From positions 224,001 through 288,000 of the forward strand of contig CAVYNH010000006.1 of the NCBI GenBank assembly GCA_963769885.1: a DNA stretch of 64,000 nt, written 5' to 3'. Source of the DNA: Methanobacteriota archaeon (GTDB lineage: Archaea > Thermoplasmatota > E2 > DHVEG-1). The position numbers and the translations under genes were made by a program. Position 1 is the first letter of the stretch. Each line of letters begins with the position of its first letter. The notes under the pieces are model-generated. The model was not told the DNA's origin, ran no database searches, and saw nothing but the letters and a program-made list of their open reading frames with translations. This document shows, piece after piece, positions 13,573 through 24,472 of the stretch.

Positions 13573-14223
13573 GTGAGGAAAATCATGGAAAGTCCGAAAT
13601 TGCATAACGCGAAACTCTTAGGAGGCATTGGTTCCATCCTAATGCTGTTACTGCCAGTCCCTGCGGCAGGATGGCTTCTTGCCTTGGTAGGCTTTATCCT
13701 CGTCCTCGTCGCCGTGAAATACCTAGCAGACGAGCTCAAAGACCACAACATCTTTACCAACTACCTGTTCTCTTTCATTATCGTTATCATAGGTGCCGCC
13801 CTCTTTGCCATCATCGCCGTCTTCAGTTTCTTATCCACGATCGCCGGAACGAACTGGCAGACGTTCCAGAACCTGACATCGCCCCAGCAGGTCTTCACTC
13901 AGCTCCAATCGTCAGGGCTTCTAACGTTCATCGGCACGCTGCTCATCGCCCTCGCGGTGCTCTGGATCGTCCTAATTGTCTCCGCGATTTTCCTGCGGAA
14001 AAGTTTTAATAAGATCGCCGGCGACACCGGAACCCATCTGTTTCATACCACTGGTTTGCTGTACCTTATTGGAGCTGCGACAACCATCGTTTTCGGGATA
14101 GGGCTCATCATCATCTTCATCGCGTATATCTTACAAATCGTCGCGTTCTTCTCGCTGCCGGATACGCTGCATGCGGCCGCACCTGTGGCTCCGCCGCCAG
14201 TTGCGCCCCCGATGCAGCCATAA
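13573..14223 (+). CDS. DUF996-like membrane protein
   Basis: AKLLGGIGSILMLL, LFHTTGLLYLIGA, VAFFSLP; likely start is the internal ATG (MESPK). Confidence 0.8.
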   Translation: MRKIMESPKLHNAKLLGGIGSILMLLLPVPAAGWLLALVGFILVLVAVKYLADELKDHNIFTNYLFSFIIVIIGAALFAIIAVFSFLSTIAGTNWQTFQNLTSPQQVFTQLQSSGLLTFIGTLLIALAVLWIVLIVSAIFLRKSFNKIAGDTGTHLFHTTGLLYLIGAATTIVFGIGLIIIFIAYILQIVAFFSLPDTLHAAAPVAPPPVAPPMQP

Positions 14224-14260
14224 AATAATTCCGTTCTTTTTTCCTCTTTTTTTCTATTTT

Positions 14261-15541
14261 TTATCCGATGTATTGTCCGATGCGTTCGATGCCTTCAATG
14301 ATTTTCTCAGGGGTCCGGCAGAGCGGGCCGTAGGAGAATCGGATGCCGTGCGCCATGCTGGGGCCGAAGCCGGCTCCGGGGATGACGAGCACGCCTTTTT
14401 CCCGGAGGAGACGGTCGACGAAGGCGAACGGCTCTTCCGTTCCGGGGATGGGGGAGCACGTATAGAGTCCGCCGTCGGGAGTGAGCCGGGGCCAGCCGAG
14501 GTGGCGGTCCATAGCATTCAGCAGGATGCCTGCGGTCTTCTCGTAGAGTCGTCTCGTGGACTCGATATAGGATTTGAGGGTGTGGTCGGCGAGGGTCTCT
14601 TCGAGGAAGCGTGCGGTAGCCATACTGTGCATGGTGTCTGGTGAGAGCAAGGTGGATTCATTGATTTTCTCCAGGCCGGCAATGACGCGGGGGTCTGCTT
14701 CGGCCCAGCCGAGGCGCCGTCCGAGGCTGGAGAGCCACTTGGAATTCGAATGGATGGAGATCACTTTGGGATGATCTTGTGGTGACCAGGAGAAGCAGGG
14801 GGGCATGTCGCCGAACCAGAGGGCCTTGTAGGCGAAGTCGAGGATGAGGTATCGGTCGTGGTCTGCGAGGATCTGTTCGGCTTTGGTGAGGAAGGAGGCT
14901 GGGGGGATTTGGCTGGTGGGGTTGTCGGGGACGGTGGCGACCAGGGCCTTGGCTTTTGGGTTTGTTTTTAAAATTTGGTCAAGGATGGCAAGGGTCTGAT
15001 CGGGGTCGGGGAGGTATTGCCAGGAATGTGAATTGAGTGCCGGTAGGAAGGCCCATTTTCCTTGGGGGAGGGCGCAGTGGACGGCGTTGAAGTAGTTTGC
15101 GTAGGCGGGGTCGAGGAAGAGGATGGTGTCGCCGGGGTCGGCGAGGGTGCGGAGGGTGTCGTGGAAGAGTTGGGTGGAGGACTGTCCGATGAGGATGTGG
15201 TCGGGGGTGAGGTCAGGAACATGGTAGATGGTGTGTTCGAAGGTGCTGAGTTGTTGTCTGAGGTGGTGGCTGCCTTTGATGGCGCTGTAGCGGCCGCTGT
15301 GGTGGAAGAGGGTGTCGTCGGTGATGATGTTATGGTAGGCGTCTTGGAGTTGTGGCGGGGCGGTGTGGTCGCACCAGCCGCCGCCGAAGGAGATGACCTC
15401 GGATGGTGTGAGGCCGAGGGCGGTGAGGTGGTCGTCTTCGGTCATTTTCATGATGGTCTGGATGGGGCTGAGGCCGTGGAGGGTGGTCTGGACGAGGGTG
15501 GAGAGCGGGGGCGTGTAGGTTTTTTTCGGGTGTGCGGCCAT
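14261..15541 (-). CDS. PLP-dependent aminotransferase class I/II (aspartate aminotransferase-like)
   Basis: ISFGGG, PDNPT, DFAY, SNSKWLSSLGRRLGW, IPGAGFG. Confidence 0.88.
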   Translation of the reverse strand: MAAHPKKTYTPPLSTLVQTTLHGLSPIQTIMKMTEDDHLTALGLTPSEVISFGGGWCDHTAPPQLQDAYHNIITDDTLFHHSGRYSAIKGSHHLRQQLSTFEHTIYHVPDLTPDHILIGQSSTQLFHDTLRTLADPGDTILFLDPAYANYFNAVHCALPQGKWAFLPALNSHSWQYLPDPDQTLAILDQILKTNPKAKALVATVPDNPTSQIPPASFLTKAEQILADHDRYLILDFAYKALWFGDMPPCFSWSPQDHPKVISIHSNSKWLSSLGRRLGWAEADPRVIAGLEKINESTLLSPDTMHSMATARFLEETLADHTLKSYIESTRRLYEKTAGILLNAMDRHLGWPRLTPDGGLYTCSPIPGTEEPFAFVDRLLREKGVLVIPGAGFGPSMAHGIRFSYGPLCRTPEKIIEGIERIGQYIG

Positions 15542-15606
15542 ACCTGGTGATACCTGGCTTCGCGTTCTTTAAGATTATGGAGTCTTGGGAGAATGAGGTG
15601 GCGGTG

Positions 15607-17709
15607 CTATTCTTTGACCTTGGAGTCGTTTGTATTATTAATACGTTGATAATGTGGCGCCGGTGGTGGGGTCGTCTGGGAGGTGGCCGGGGGCGTGTTG
15701 TTTTTCTTTTTTTTGGGGCAGTCGGGGTTGAGGCAGAGGTCCCATGGTCGTTTGCCTTTTTGGATGATGCGGACCATGGGGTGGCCGCAGGTGTCGCATT
15801 GGGTTTTGGTGATGATGAGGCCGCCGTTTTGGGGCAGGGAGTAGGTTTTGGTGCAGGTGGGGTAGCCGGTGCAGCCGACGAAGCGTTTGCGGTTGCGGCT
15901 GATGCGGACGACGAGGTCTTTGCCGCAGGTGGGGCAGGGGCCGACGGTGTTTTGCTCTTTGACGGCGCTGCGGATGTTGTTTTTGATTTTTTCTTTTTCG
16001 GGTTCGAGGTCTTTCATGACGTTGGTGAGCATCTCGCGGGATTCTTGGACCGTGGCGGTGAGGGTTTTGCGGCCTTCGGCGATCTCGTTCATGTCGGTCT
16101 CGAGCTGGGCGGTCATCTTGGGGGTGGTGACGTGGGCGTCAGTGAGGGCGTCGACGACGGCGAAGGCGGTGGCGGTGGGGATAGGCGGGGAGCCGGTGAC
16201 GTATTTGCGGCTGTAGAGTTTGCTGAGGATCTCGTGGCGGGTGGATTTGGTGCCGAGGGCGAGTTGTTCCATCTTGGCGATGAGAGAGCCTTGGCTGTAG
16301 CGCTGGGGTGGCTTGGTGTGGTCTTCTTTGATGGTGATCTTGGTGACGGTGAGGTGTTCGCCTTGGGTGAGTTTGGGGAGGTCTTTGCGTTTTTCTTTGA
16401 TGTAGGTGTAGATGGTTTTCCAGTTGGCTTCGATGAGGCGGTAGCCGCTGGCGGTGAAGGGTTGGCCTTGGATGTCGATCTTGGCGTGGGTGGTTTCGCT
16501 GATGGTGTCTTTGGCGAGGGTGGCGAGGAAGCGTCGGACGATGAGTTCGTAGATCTGTGTCTGGTCGTGGGTGAGTTTTTTTTCGGTGGGGACGTCGACG
16601 GGGTGGATGGGGGGGTGGTCGGTGCTTTGGAGTTTGCCGCGGGTGGGGTAGTTGCGGCCGTTGGTCAGCACGATGTTGACTTCTCTTGAGAACGCGGAGT
16701 TCTTGAGTTTCTGCAGGATCGCGCTGATGTTGAGTGACGGTGGATACACGGTGTTGTCGGTGCGTGGGTACGAGGTCAATCCTAGGAGGTAGAGTTCCTC
16801 TGCTACCGACATGGCTTTGGCGGCGGGAAAACCGAGATACGAAGCTGCTTGGAGGAAGGAGGTCGTGTTGAAAGGAGAGGGGGGAAGCTCGTTGTGGGTT
16901 TTGATGTCCAAGGTTGTGACGGTGGCGGTTTTGGCGTCTTTTATCTTGTCGTAGACTTCGGTTATTTGTGGGTGATCCCAGAAGATCTCGGTCTCGTGCA
17001 AGGCTTCGAAGGGTTTCTCGTCGTGCAGCTTGGCGATGAGCTGCCAGTACGGCTTGGGTTTGAACTCCTTGATCTCTTTCTCCCGCTCTACGAGCAACGC
17101 GAGCGTGGGCGACTGGACGCGGCCGATGGAGAGGAAGTCCTTGCCGAGGCGCCGGGAGGTCAGGGACATGAACCGGGTGAGGACCGCGCCCCAGACCAGG
17201 TCGATGACTTGTCGGGCCTCGCCGGCGTTGGAGAGGTTGCAGTCGACGTCGGTGAGGTTGTCGAACGCGGTGTTGATCTCGAAGGGTGTGATGGCGCTGA
17301 ACCGCGCGCGCTTCACCTCAGAGATGTTGGGGTTGTACTCGCGGAGGAGGTTGACGACCTCCATGCCGATGAGCTCGCCTTCGCGGTCGAAGTCGGTCGC
17401 GACGATGATCGAGGGCGCCTCCTTCACCAATGTTTTGAGCGCGGAGGCGATCTCCTTCTCGGTGACGGTCTTGCAGGGGTCGACGGTGATGAGCTCGCTA
17501 GGTTCGATCTTGGTCCATTGGTTGAAGCCCGCAGGGTAATCTAGCGAGATGATGTGGCCTTTGAGGCCGATGACGGCCCAAGGCTCGTCATGGCGCGTGA
17601 ACTCGTAAACCGGGATTCTGCCGTGGTGCGTGCTTTTGACCTTTCCTCCGGAGAGGATGTAGGCGATGCGCCGTGCGGCGATCTGCTTTTCGCTTATGAC
17701 GAGTTTCAT
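15607..17709 (-). CDS. topA: DNA topoisomerase I (type IA)
   Basis: LVISEK, ATDFDREGE, SIGRVQSPTL, SYPRTD, LGTKSTR, C-terminal Zn ribbons. Confidence 0.95.
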   Translation of the reverse strand: MKLVISEKQIAARRIAYILSGGKVKSTHHGRIPVYEFTRHDEPWAVIGLKGHIISLDYPAGFNQWTKIEPSELITVDPCKTVTEKEIASALKTLVKEAPSIIVATDFDREGELIGMEVVNLLREYNPNISEVKRARFSAITPFEINTAFDNLTDVDCNLSNAGEARQVIDLVWGAVLTRFMSLTSRRLGKDFLSIGRVQSPTLALLVEREKEIKEFKPKPYWQLIAKLHDEKPFEALHETEIFWDHPQITEVYDKIKDAKTATVTTLDIKTHNELPPSPFNTTSFLQAASYLGFPAAKAMSVAEELYLLGLTSYPRTDNTVYPPSLNISAILQKLKNSAFSREVNIVLTNGRNYPTRGKLQSTDHPPIHPVDVPTEKKLTHDQTQIYELIVRRFLATLAKDTISETTHAKIDIQGQPFTASGYRLIEANWKTIYTYIKEKRKDLPKLTQGEHLTVTKITIKEDHTKPPQRYSQGSLIAKMEQLALGTKSTRHEILSKLYSRKYVTGSPPIPTATAFAVVDALTDAHVTTPKMTAQLETDMNEIAEGRKTLTATVQESREMLTNVMKDLEPEKEKIKNNIRSAVKEQNTVGPCPTCGKDLVVRISRNRKRFVGCTGYPTCTKTYSLPQNGGLIITKTQCDTCGHPMVRIIQKGKRPWDLCLNPDCPKKKKNNTPPATSQTTPPPAPHYQRINNTNDSKVKE

Positions 17710-17854
17710 GAATTGCCCCAAGGCTTGTGAGATTGCCTACATGAAATGACCCTATAATATATTTACGCTGATCAACCGCGGAGGGGCTTCCCTTCTGTTG
17801 GAACTCGGGGGTTCAAACTATTTATACGGAAATAAGATGTCCCATGACACGAGT

Positions 17855-18313
17855 ATGAAAGTCCATATTATCCTGGGGTCGAAGTCTGATATGCCCGTGG
17901 CCGAGAAGGCGCAGAAGCTCCTGTCCGACTTCAAGGTCGCGTATGAGACCACGGTCGCCTCCGCGCATCGCACCCCTGAGTACGTCCAGAAGATCGTCAC
18001 CCATAGTGATGCTGATTTGTTCATCGGCGTCGCCGGGCTCGCCGCCGCGCTCCCTGGAATCATCGCCGCGCACACCACCAAGCCGGTCATCGGCATCCCG
18101 GTCAGCGGCAAGGTCAACCTCGACGCGATCCTTTCCATCATCCAGATGCCGCCCGGCGTCCCCGTCGCGGCCGTCGGCCTGGACCGCGGCGACAACGCCG
18201 CCCTCCTCGCCATCGAAATCCTCGCGATGACCAATAAGACGCTGCAGAAAAAACTCAACGATTACCGAGAGAAGATGAAGACAGAGATCATCGCCTCCAA
18301 CCGTGGTGCCTGA
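17855..18313 (+). CDS. purE: N5-CAIR mutase / AIR carboxylase
   Basis: [33 protein letters not shown]. Confidence 0.95.
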   Translation: MKVHIILGSKSDMPVAEKAQKLLSDFKVAYETTVASAHRTPEYVQKIVTHSDADLFIGVAGLAAALPGIIAAHTTKPVIGIPVSGKVNLDAILSIIQMPPGVPVAAVGLDRGDNAALLAIEILAMTNKTLQKKLNDYREKMKTEIIASNRGA

Positions 18314-19260
18314 TGTTCAACCCTGAGAAGTTCATCCAGACTGCCGTCGAGGACCTCAAAACCAAGATTCACGGCAAGGCCCTCATCGCGTTCTCCGGCG
18401 GCGTCGACAGCACCGTCTGCGCCGCGCTCGTCCACAAGGCCATCAGCAAAGACCTCATCGCCGTCCACGTCGACACCGGGTACATGCGCAAGGACGAGTC
18501 CAAGTTCGTCGTTGACATGATGAAGGCTATGGGGCTCAACACCCGGTTCGTGGACGCCAGCGACGAATACTACAAGGCCCTCGCCGACGTCGAGGACCCG
18601 GAGAGGAAACGCAAGATCATTGGGGAGAAGTTCATCCATATCTTCGAACGCGTCGCCAAGCAAGAACACGTCACCTACCTCGTCCAGGGGACCATCGCCC
18701 CGGACTGGATCGAGTCCGGCGGCGCCCTCCGTGATACCATCAAGAGCCACCACAACGTGGGCGGCCTCCCAAAAAAGATGCATCTGACGCTGGTCGAACC
18801 CCTCCGCGATTTGTATAAGGACGAGGTCCGCAAGGTCGCCCGAGTCCTCAACGTCCCGGTCGCTGAACGACAGCCGTTCCCTGGGCCCGGCCTCGCCATC
18901 CGCATCATCGGCGCCGCGACCAAGGAACGCGCCGACATCGTCAGAGAAGCCTGCGACATCGTCGAAAAAGAGATCGAGACCGCGGTCGCTCAAGGCCAGA
19001 TGGAGATGCCCTGGCAGTACTTCGCCGTCCTCATCCCGATTAAGACGGTGGGCGTGCACGGCGACAAGCGCGCCTACGGCTACACCATCGCGGTCCGCAG
19101 CGTCCAGAGCATTGACGCCATGACCGCGGCCTACAGCGACATGCCCCATGAGGTCCTCGACCGGATCTCACGGAAGATCACGAACACCATGGGCGCCAAG
19201 GTCAACCGGATCGTCTACGACATCACCAACAAGCCGCCGGGGACCGTGGAGTGGGAATGA
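18313..19260 (+). CDS. guaAB: GMP synthase subunit B (ATP pyrophosphatase)
   Basis: SGGVDS, QGTIAPDWIES, IKSHHNVGGLP, PFPGPGLAIR, KPPGTVEWE. Confidence 0.95.
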   Translation: MFNPEKFIQTAVEDLKTKIHGKALIAFSGGVDSTVCAALVHKAISKDLIAVHVDTGYMRKDESKFVVDMMKAMGLNTRFVDASDEYYKALADVEDPERKRKIIGEKFIHIFERVAKQEHVTYLVQGTIAPDWIESGGALRDTIKSHHNVGGLPKKMHLTLVEPLRDLYKDEVRKVARVLNVPVAERQPFPGPGLAIRIIGAATKERADIVREACDIVEKEIETAVAQGQMEMPWQYFAVLIPIKTVGVHGDKRAYGYTIAVRSVQSIDAMTAAYSDMPHEVLDRISRKITNTMGAKVNRIVYDITNKPPGTVEWE

Positions 19261-19826
19261 AGATCTATGTCATCGACAACGGAGGCCAATGGACGCACCG
19301 TGAGTGGCGGACGCTCCGCGACCTCGAGGTCGACACCAAGATCGTCCCAAACACCACCCCTTATGCTGAACTCCAAAAAGACGGGATTCATGGCTTGGTT
19401 CTATCTGGCGGCGCGCCCCGCATCGGCCTCGACAGCCCGCTCGGCAACTGCGCCGAATACCTCGAAAAAGCCAAATTCCCAATCTTAGGGATTTGCGCGG
19501 GGCATCAGTTCATGGCCCGCTTCTATGGCGGCGAGGTCAAGCCCTCCGTCGTCCCGGAGTTCGGCAAAATCGAACTCACCATCATCAAAGATGACCACTT
19601 GTTCGCCGGCGTGCCTCGGAAATCCATCGTCTGGGAATCCCACAACGACGAGGTCACCAGGATGCCCGCCTGCTTCACCCGCCTCGCCGAAAGCGAGACT
19701 TGCAAGATCCAAGCGATGCGCCACAAGGAGAAACCGTTCTACGGCCTGCAGTTCCACCCCGAGGTCGAACACACCGAGTACGGTGAACAGATCTTCCAGA
19801 ATTTCATCAAGCTCTGCAAAAAATAA
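19257..19826 (+). CDS. guaAA: GMP synthase subunit A (glutamine amidotransferase)
   Basis: IDNGGQWTHR, LGICAGHQ, QFHPEV. Confidence 0.95.
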   Translation: MKIYVIDNGGQWTHREWRTLRDLEVDTKIVPNTTPYAELQKDGIHGLVLSGGAPRIGLDSPLGNCAEYLEKAKFPILGICAGHQFMARFYGGEVKPSVVPEFGKIELTIIKDDHLFAGVPRKSIVWESHNDEVTRMPACFTRLAESETCKIQAMRHKEKPFYGLQFHPEVEHTEYGEQIFQNFIKLCKK

Positions 19827-19832
19827 AATCTC

Positions 19833-20348
19833 TTATTCCTGTTTTTTCGTCGAGGCACGCGCGATGACGTGGTAGAAGTACTCCAGGACGATGATGACGA
19901 CGAGCATGATGACCGTCGCCGCCACCATGAACACGAAGACGTAGATGAGCGCGATGGACCCCAAGTTCTGCACGAACCAGGGGACCTCTACCACGGTCAT
20001 GATCGCCGCGACGATAAGGGACACGATAATCTCCGCCCGCCAGCTCCGAGGCTTCGGCTCCAGCGTCTCCGCCGGCTCCTTTGTATGCTCCAACAGGTCG
20101 ACCACCCTCGCATCTGGTTTCTCCTCCTCCGTCTCCGGGATCGGGGCTGAGCGGGACTGCCGGAGACCCTCCAAGAACTTCTCGTACTCCCCCTCGGTAT
20201 CAAAGAGAAGCGGCTGCCCTTGGTACCCGCAGTTCCGGCACTGCATCTTCCACGAGGTCACCCCATAGATGATGCCGGCCTTCAACTGGCCCATGAAAAT
20301 TTCTTGACTGCCGCACCGCGGACACGCCTTGATCGTCACAAGACACAC
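19833..20348 (-). CDS. Zn-ribbon membrane protein
   Basis: CPRCGS...CRNCGY plus two C-terminal TM helices. Confidence 0.7.
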   Translation of the reverse strand: MCLVTIKACPRCGSQEIFMGQLKAGIIYGVTSWKMQCRNCGYQGQPLLFDTEGEYEKFLEGLRQSRSAPIPETEEEKPDARVVDLLEHTKEPAETLEPKPRSWRAEIIVSLIVAAIMTVVEVPWFVQNLGSIALIYVFVFMVAATVIMLVVIIVLEYFYHVIARASTKKQE

Positions 20349-20386
20349 CGTCCTATGGATAAAAGAAATTCCGGAGTCTTACTTAA

Positions 20387-20947
20387 TCATTTCCATGGCT
20401 TATATAACGCATGCTTAATCTGAAGCGAATCCAATATTTTACCGACGACGAAATCAACCAAGTCATTTACCGACTTAGGTTTGTGATAGAACGCGGGCAT
20501 CGCCGGCAGGACCACCACCCCCGCCTCCTTCGCGAGCAGCAGATTCCGAATCCCCGGCAGATCCAGCGGCGTCTCCCGAATAACAAGAATAAGCTTCCTT
20601 CCCTCCTTCAACTGGCAGCTCGCCGCCCGCGCCGTCAACGTATCCTCGAACCCGTGCGCCACTGCCGACAACGTCTTCATACTGCATGGCGCGACCACCA
20701 TCGCATCCAACGGGAACGTCCCGCTCGACGGCCCCGCCCACAAATCCGCGTTCTCATACACCTTGGAGACGAGCCTCTCCACAGCCCTCACCGTGTATTT
20801 CGTCTCGTACTCCAGGATCGGCCCCGCCGACTCCGACACGATCAAAAAAACCTCATGCTTACCCTTAACGAGCTCTTCGACCAACCGCACCCCATAGATG
20901 CTCCCAGAAGCACCCGTGATGCTCACCAACACCCGCACCGCCTTCAC
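20387..20947 (-). CDS. ubiX: Flavin prenyltransferase
   Basis: ITGASGSIYG, APCSMKTL, RETPL, PAMPAFYHKP. Confidence 0.93.
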   Translation of the reverse strand: MKAVRVLVSITGASGSIYGVRLVEELVKGKHEVFLIVSESAGPILEYETKYTVRAVERLVSKVYENADLWAGPSSGTFPLDAMVVAPCSMKTLSAVAHGFEDTLTARAASCQLKEGRKLILVIRETPLDLPGIRNLLLAKEAGVVVLPAMPAFYHKPKSVNDLVDFVVGKILDSLQIKHALYKPWK

Positions 20948-21684
20948 ACCTCCGAAATCGCTTTGATAATCTGCGGCAGCCGCTGCCGGAAATCCGACGA
21001 CGCCTCCAACGCAGACCCCGTCACCACAATATCAGCCCCAGCCTCGGCCTTCTCCCGCGCCATCCCCGCATCTCGGATCCCCCCACCGACCAACACCGGA
21101 ATCTCCGCCTCCTTCTTCACCGCCTGAATCATCCTATCAGACACCGGAAACGTCGCCCCCGACCCTGCCTCCAAATAAAACAACCGCATCCCCAGATACT
21201 GCGCGGCCAACGCAAACCCCACCGCCGTCTGCACATCATCCTTCCTGACAAGATCAACCTCACCCACCCGACCCACCGTCATCCCCGGCTCCACAATCAC
21301 ATACCCCATCGAAATCGGCTCCACCCCCGACTTCTTCACAAACAACGCGCCCTTCACATGCTCCCGAACCACAAACTCCAACCGCCGAGAATTCATCAAA
21401 CTCATAAAAAACACCGCATCCGCATGCCGACTCAGAAACTTCGCACCAGAAGGAAACAAAATAACAGGCAACCGACACCGCTCCTTAATCGCTAGCACCG
21501 TCGCATCCACCTGCGCCTGCGACGACAACGTCGACCCCCCCACCATCACCGCAAAACTCCCCACCGACTCCACAAACGCCGCAATCTCCCCCGCCTTCTC
21601 CGGCGCCTGCTTATCCGGATCAATCAACGAAAAATGAAGATGACGACGCCTACACTGCGCCACAATCCGTTCTCCAAGCCCCAT
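20944..21684 (-). CDS. Geranylgeranylglyceryl phosphate synthase
   Basis: HFSLIDPDK, MVGGST, YLEAGSGA, VGGGIR, GADIVVTG. Confidence 0.92.
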   Translation of the reverse strand: MGLGERIVAQCRRRHLHFSLIDPDKQAPEKAGEIAAFVESVGSFAVMVGGSTLSSQAQVDATVLAIKERCRLPVILFPSGAKFLSRHADAVFFMSLMNSRRLEFVVREHVKGALFVKKSGVEPISMGYVIVEPGMTVGRVGEVDLVRKDDVQTAVGFALAAQYLGMRLFYLEAGSGATFPVSDRMIQAVKKEAEIPVLVGGGIRDAGMAREKAEAGADIVVTGSALEASSDFRQRLPQIIKAISEV

Positions 21685-21714
21685 ACACACCAGCCAGGAG
21701 GCAGACCCCGCTAT

Positions 21715-22506
21715 TTATGCCTTTGCCCCACGAACCAACTCACGAACCACCGACTCCGAACACCCCGCCACCACACTCGACCGCTCACCCACCGAAAACC
21801 CCATATCCAACTCCTCACCCGTCACCGTCCGCACCACCCCCCCAGCCTCACGCACAATCAACGTCCCCGCCGCGATATCCCACACCCGCATCCGCGGCTG
21901 CCCCACCAGATAAAAATCCAACGCCCCACTCGCCACCAGACACAACTCCAGCGACGCCGCCCCCAACGACCGATGATTCTGCTGCAAGGCAATCAACGCC
22001 GCCTGTGCCGTCGCACTCCGCCCCAACACAATCGACGACACCATATCCTTCGACGGGACATCGCACGCCCGAATAGGAACCCCGTTCAGAAACGCCCCCT
22101 TCCCCGCCTCCGCCATAAACACATCCCCTGTCGGGATGTTCTTCACCACTCCCAAGAAGCAGTCGCTGATCCGCGACCGGCCCACCGCCAGCGAAACCGA
22201 GAAAAAAGGGATGCCCCGGTACGCGTTCCGCGTCCCATCCACCGGATCCAACACAAACGTATATTCCCCGCCCATCTCCACAACCCCCGCCTCTTCACTA
22301 CAGAGATTAACGGGATGCTTGGATTTACGGAGAATCCGCAACGCCACATCCTCCGCAGCCTTGTCGATGTAGGTCGTCGGCGTCCCATCGGACCCAATCC
22401 CGATTTGTTTCCCGAACTGGGAGAAATGCTGCCGCTGCTCACGACGGACCCGCGTCGTAATCTGATTCACGACCTTCAAGGCAAGCTGACGGATCGCCTC
22501 ATCCAT
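21715..22506 (-). CDS. suhB: Inositol monophosphatase / FBPase family protein
   Basis: SEE, LDPVDGTRN, GAASLEL, WDIAAG. Confidence 0.88.
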   Translation of the reverse strand: MDEAIRQLALKVVNQITTRVRREQRQHFSQFGKQIGIGSDGTPTTYIDKAAEDVALRILRKSKHPVNLCSEEAGVVEMGGEYTFVLDPVDGTRNAYRGIPFFSVSLAVGRSRISDCFLGVVKNIPTGDVFMAEAGKGAFLNGVPIRACDVPSKDMVSSIVLGRSATAQAALIALQQNHRSLGAASLELCLVASGALDFYLVGQPRMRVWDIAAGTLIVREAGGVVRTVTGEELDMGFSVGERSSVVAGCSESVVRELVRGAKA

Positions 22507-23809
22507 TCTCCTCGCCTCTAGATCCCGTTGCTTTCTTATCGATGCAGATGCCGATACCAGGTGAAGCCACGAGTTCCCCTTTATCGATGAGCTGCTCTCC
22601 CCTCAGAAAGACGGCCTGGGGGAAGACCGCTGCCCAGCCGTCAAAGGCACTCCAGCCGCACCGCGAATGTAATCGCTCGGCTCTGATCTTTCTGATATCC
22701 TTGAGGTCGACCACGATGATGTCCGCATCCCGGCCGACCTTCAACCGCCCCTTCTGTAATCCTGCGAGGTCCGCAGGTTGTTCACAGAGCATCGACAAAA
22801 GGAGCCCGAGATTGAGCCGATGCTGGCTGACCAGGGCGAGAAGCAGCGGATACATGGTCTCGACTCCAGGCATGCCGGACGGCGCCGCCTCGAAGTCGGT
22901 GTCTTTCTCCTCAAGGGTATGCGGCGCATGGTCCGATTCGAAGACGTCGATGTGGCCTTGGGTGGTCGCATTCCAAAGAGCCTCCCGGTCTGGAGGCGTC
23001 CTCAACGGCGGGTTGACCTTATCCCACGTCGGATGCCTCCCATCGACCGAGGCGTCTACGAAAAGATGGTGGGGGGTGACACCGACGCTGACATAGGGGG
23101 GATGAGCGGAAACCGCTTCAAGACCTTTACGCGAGGAGACATGGCAGATGTGAATTGGAGTGCTAATCTCTGTGTCCAAGATATGGCTGATTGCTTTTTC
23201 TTCGCATTCGGAGGGTTGTCGTCGGTTATGGTCAGAGAGGTTCGTTTCGGGACCTTTATTTTTTTGGAGACAGTATTCGTCCTCTGCGTGGATCAGGGTC
23301 CGCGCGTGAGTTGGTTTTACAGCTTGGAGTGCGTCTGAGAGCCTTGTTTGTGGGAGTGCGCCAGCGTTGGTGCTGCTGCCGAGGAAGATCTTGAAGCCCG
23401 CGCATTCCCTGGCGAGGGCGGGGATTTGGGGGATGTTATCTGCGGTGATGGCGGCGTAGAGGCCGAAGTCGACGAGGCTGCGTGACTGTGCGAGGCGCCG
23501 TTTCTCCCGTAGGGCGGAAAGGGTCGAGGTGAAGGGGCGGGTGTTGGGCATGTCGAAGACGGTGGTGATGCCGCCGTATGCGGCCGCGGTCGACCCAGTT
23601 TGGAAGTCTTCTTTTTGTGGGAAGCCGGGGTCACGGAAGTGGACGTGGGTGTCGATGCCGCCGGGGAGAAGGAGGAGGGCACCGAAGTCGCGGTGGGTGT
23701 CGGCGGTGAGGGTTTTTTTCAGGGCGGCGATTTTTCCGTCGGTGATTCCGATAGTGATGGGTTCGAAGACGCTGTTGTGGAGGATGCGGCCTTCAATGCT
23801 GAGGTCCAT
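22499..23809 (-). CDS. pyrC: Dihydroorotase
   Basis: IDTHVHFRDPG, DMPNT, KVNPPLR, SDHAPH. Confidence 0.88.
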   Translation of the reverse strand: MDLSIEGRILHNSVFEPITIGITDGKIAALKKTLTADTHRDFGALLLLPGGIDTHVHFRDPGFPQKEDFQTGSTAAAYGGITTVFDMPNTRPFTSTLSALREKRRLAQSRSLVDFGLYAAITADNIPQIPALARECAGFKIFLGSSTNAGALPQTRLSDALQAVKPTHARTLIHAEDEYCLQKNKGPETNLSDHNRRQPSECEEKAISHILDTEISTPIHICHVSSRKGLEAVSAHPPYVSVGVTPHHLFVDASVDGRHPTWDKVNPPLRTPPDREALWNATTQGHIDVFESDHAPHTLEEKDTDFEAAPSGMPGVETMYPLLLALVSQHRLNLGLLLSMLCEQPADLAGLQKGRLKVGRDADIIVVDLKDIRKIRAERLHSRCGWSAFDGWAAVFPQAVFLRGEQLIDKGELVASPGIGICIDKKATGSRGEENG

Positions 23810-24401
23810 TCAGATGCTTCTCCTGGATGGTCCCGTGGGGAGTCTGTTCGGTGAAGATCTGGCCGGTGAAGGTGTAAATCTTGGTCTGCGGCATGACCCA
23901 GGCGTCGGCGGTGAGGCCTGCCTTCATGCAGGCGTAGCCGAGGTAGGTTTCGATGTCCCAGTGTTCTTCGACGGGGACTTGGGGGAGGAGGAGTCCTTTG
24001 TAGAAGCCTTGTTCGATGATGAGGCCGTCGCGGCCGATGCGGATCTTGGCGGGAATCTCTGGGGGCGTGGAGGTCTTGAGCGGGCGGGGGTTGGAGAGGA
24101 TGGTGACCTCGACGATGATATGGTCGAGTTCGTTTGCGCGGAGCGGGGGGAAGCGGGGGTCATGGGTGACGGAGTGGGCTGCCTCTTCGAGGGCGTTTTT
24201 GAGTGTGAGGTCGGGGTAGGGGATGCCGATGCAGCCGCGGAGGTCGTGGGCGGGGTAGGTGTGGAGGGTGACGAAGACGCCGTGTTTTTCGTCGAAGTGC
24301 TTTCCGAGGGTGATGGTGGTCGGTGGGCGGTGTCCGACGGTGCTGGTGACGATCTGGCGGGCGTAGTGGACGGCGGTGGTTCCTTCAGCGTCGGTGAGCA
24401 T
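23793..24401 (-). CDS. AMMECR1-domain protein
   Basis: GVFVTL, LRGCIG, DPRFPP, GLLLPQV, CMKAG. Confidence 0.92.
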   Translation of the reverse strand: MLTDAEGTTAVHYARQIVTSTVGHRPPTTITLGKHFDEKHGVFVTLHTYPAHDLRGCIGIPYPDLTLKNALEEAAHSVTHDPRFPPLRANELDHIIVEVTILSNPRPLKTSTPPEIPAKIRIGRDGLIIEQGFYKGLLLPQVPVEEHWDIETYLGYACMKAGLTADAWVMPQTKIYTFTGQIFTEQTPHGTIQEKHLNGPQH

Positions 24402-24472
24402 GGCGTGTGCTGTACGGTGAAGGGGAATAAAAAATGTTGGGTGAGGCGTGGTGTCCTCACCAGGGGGTAGGG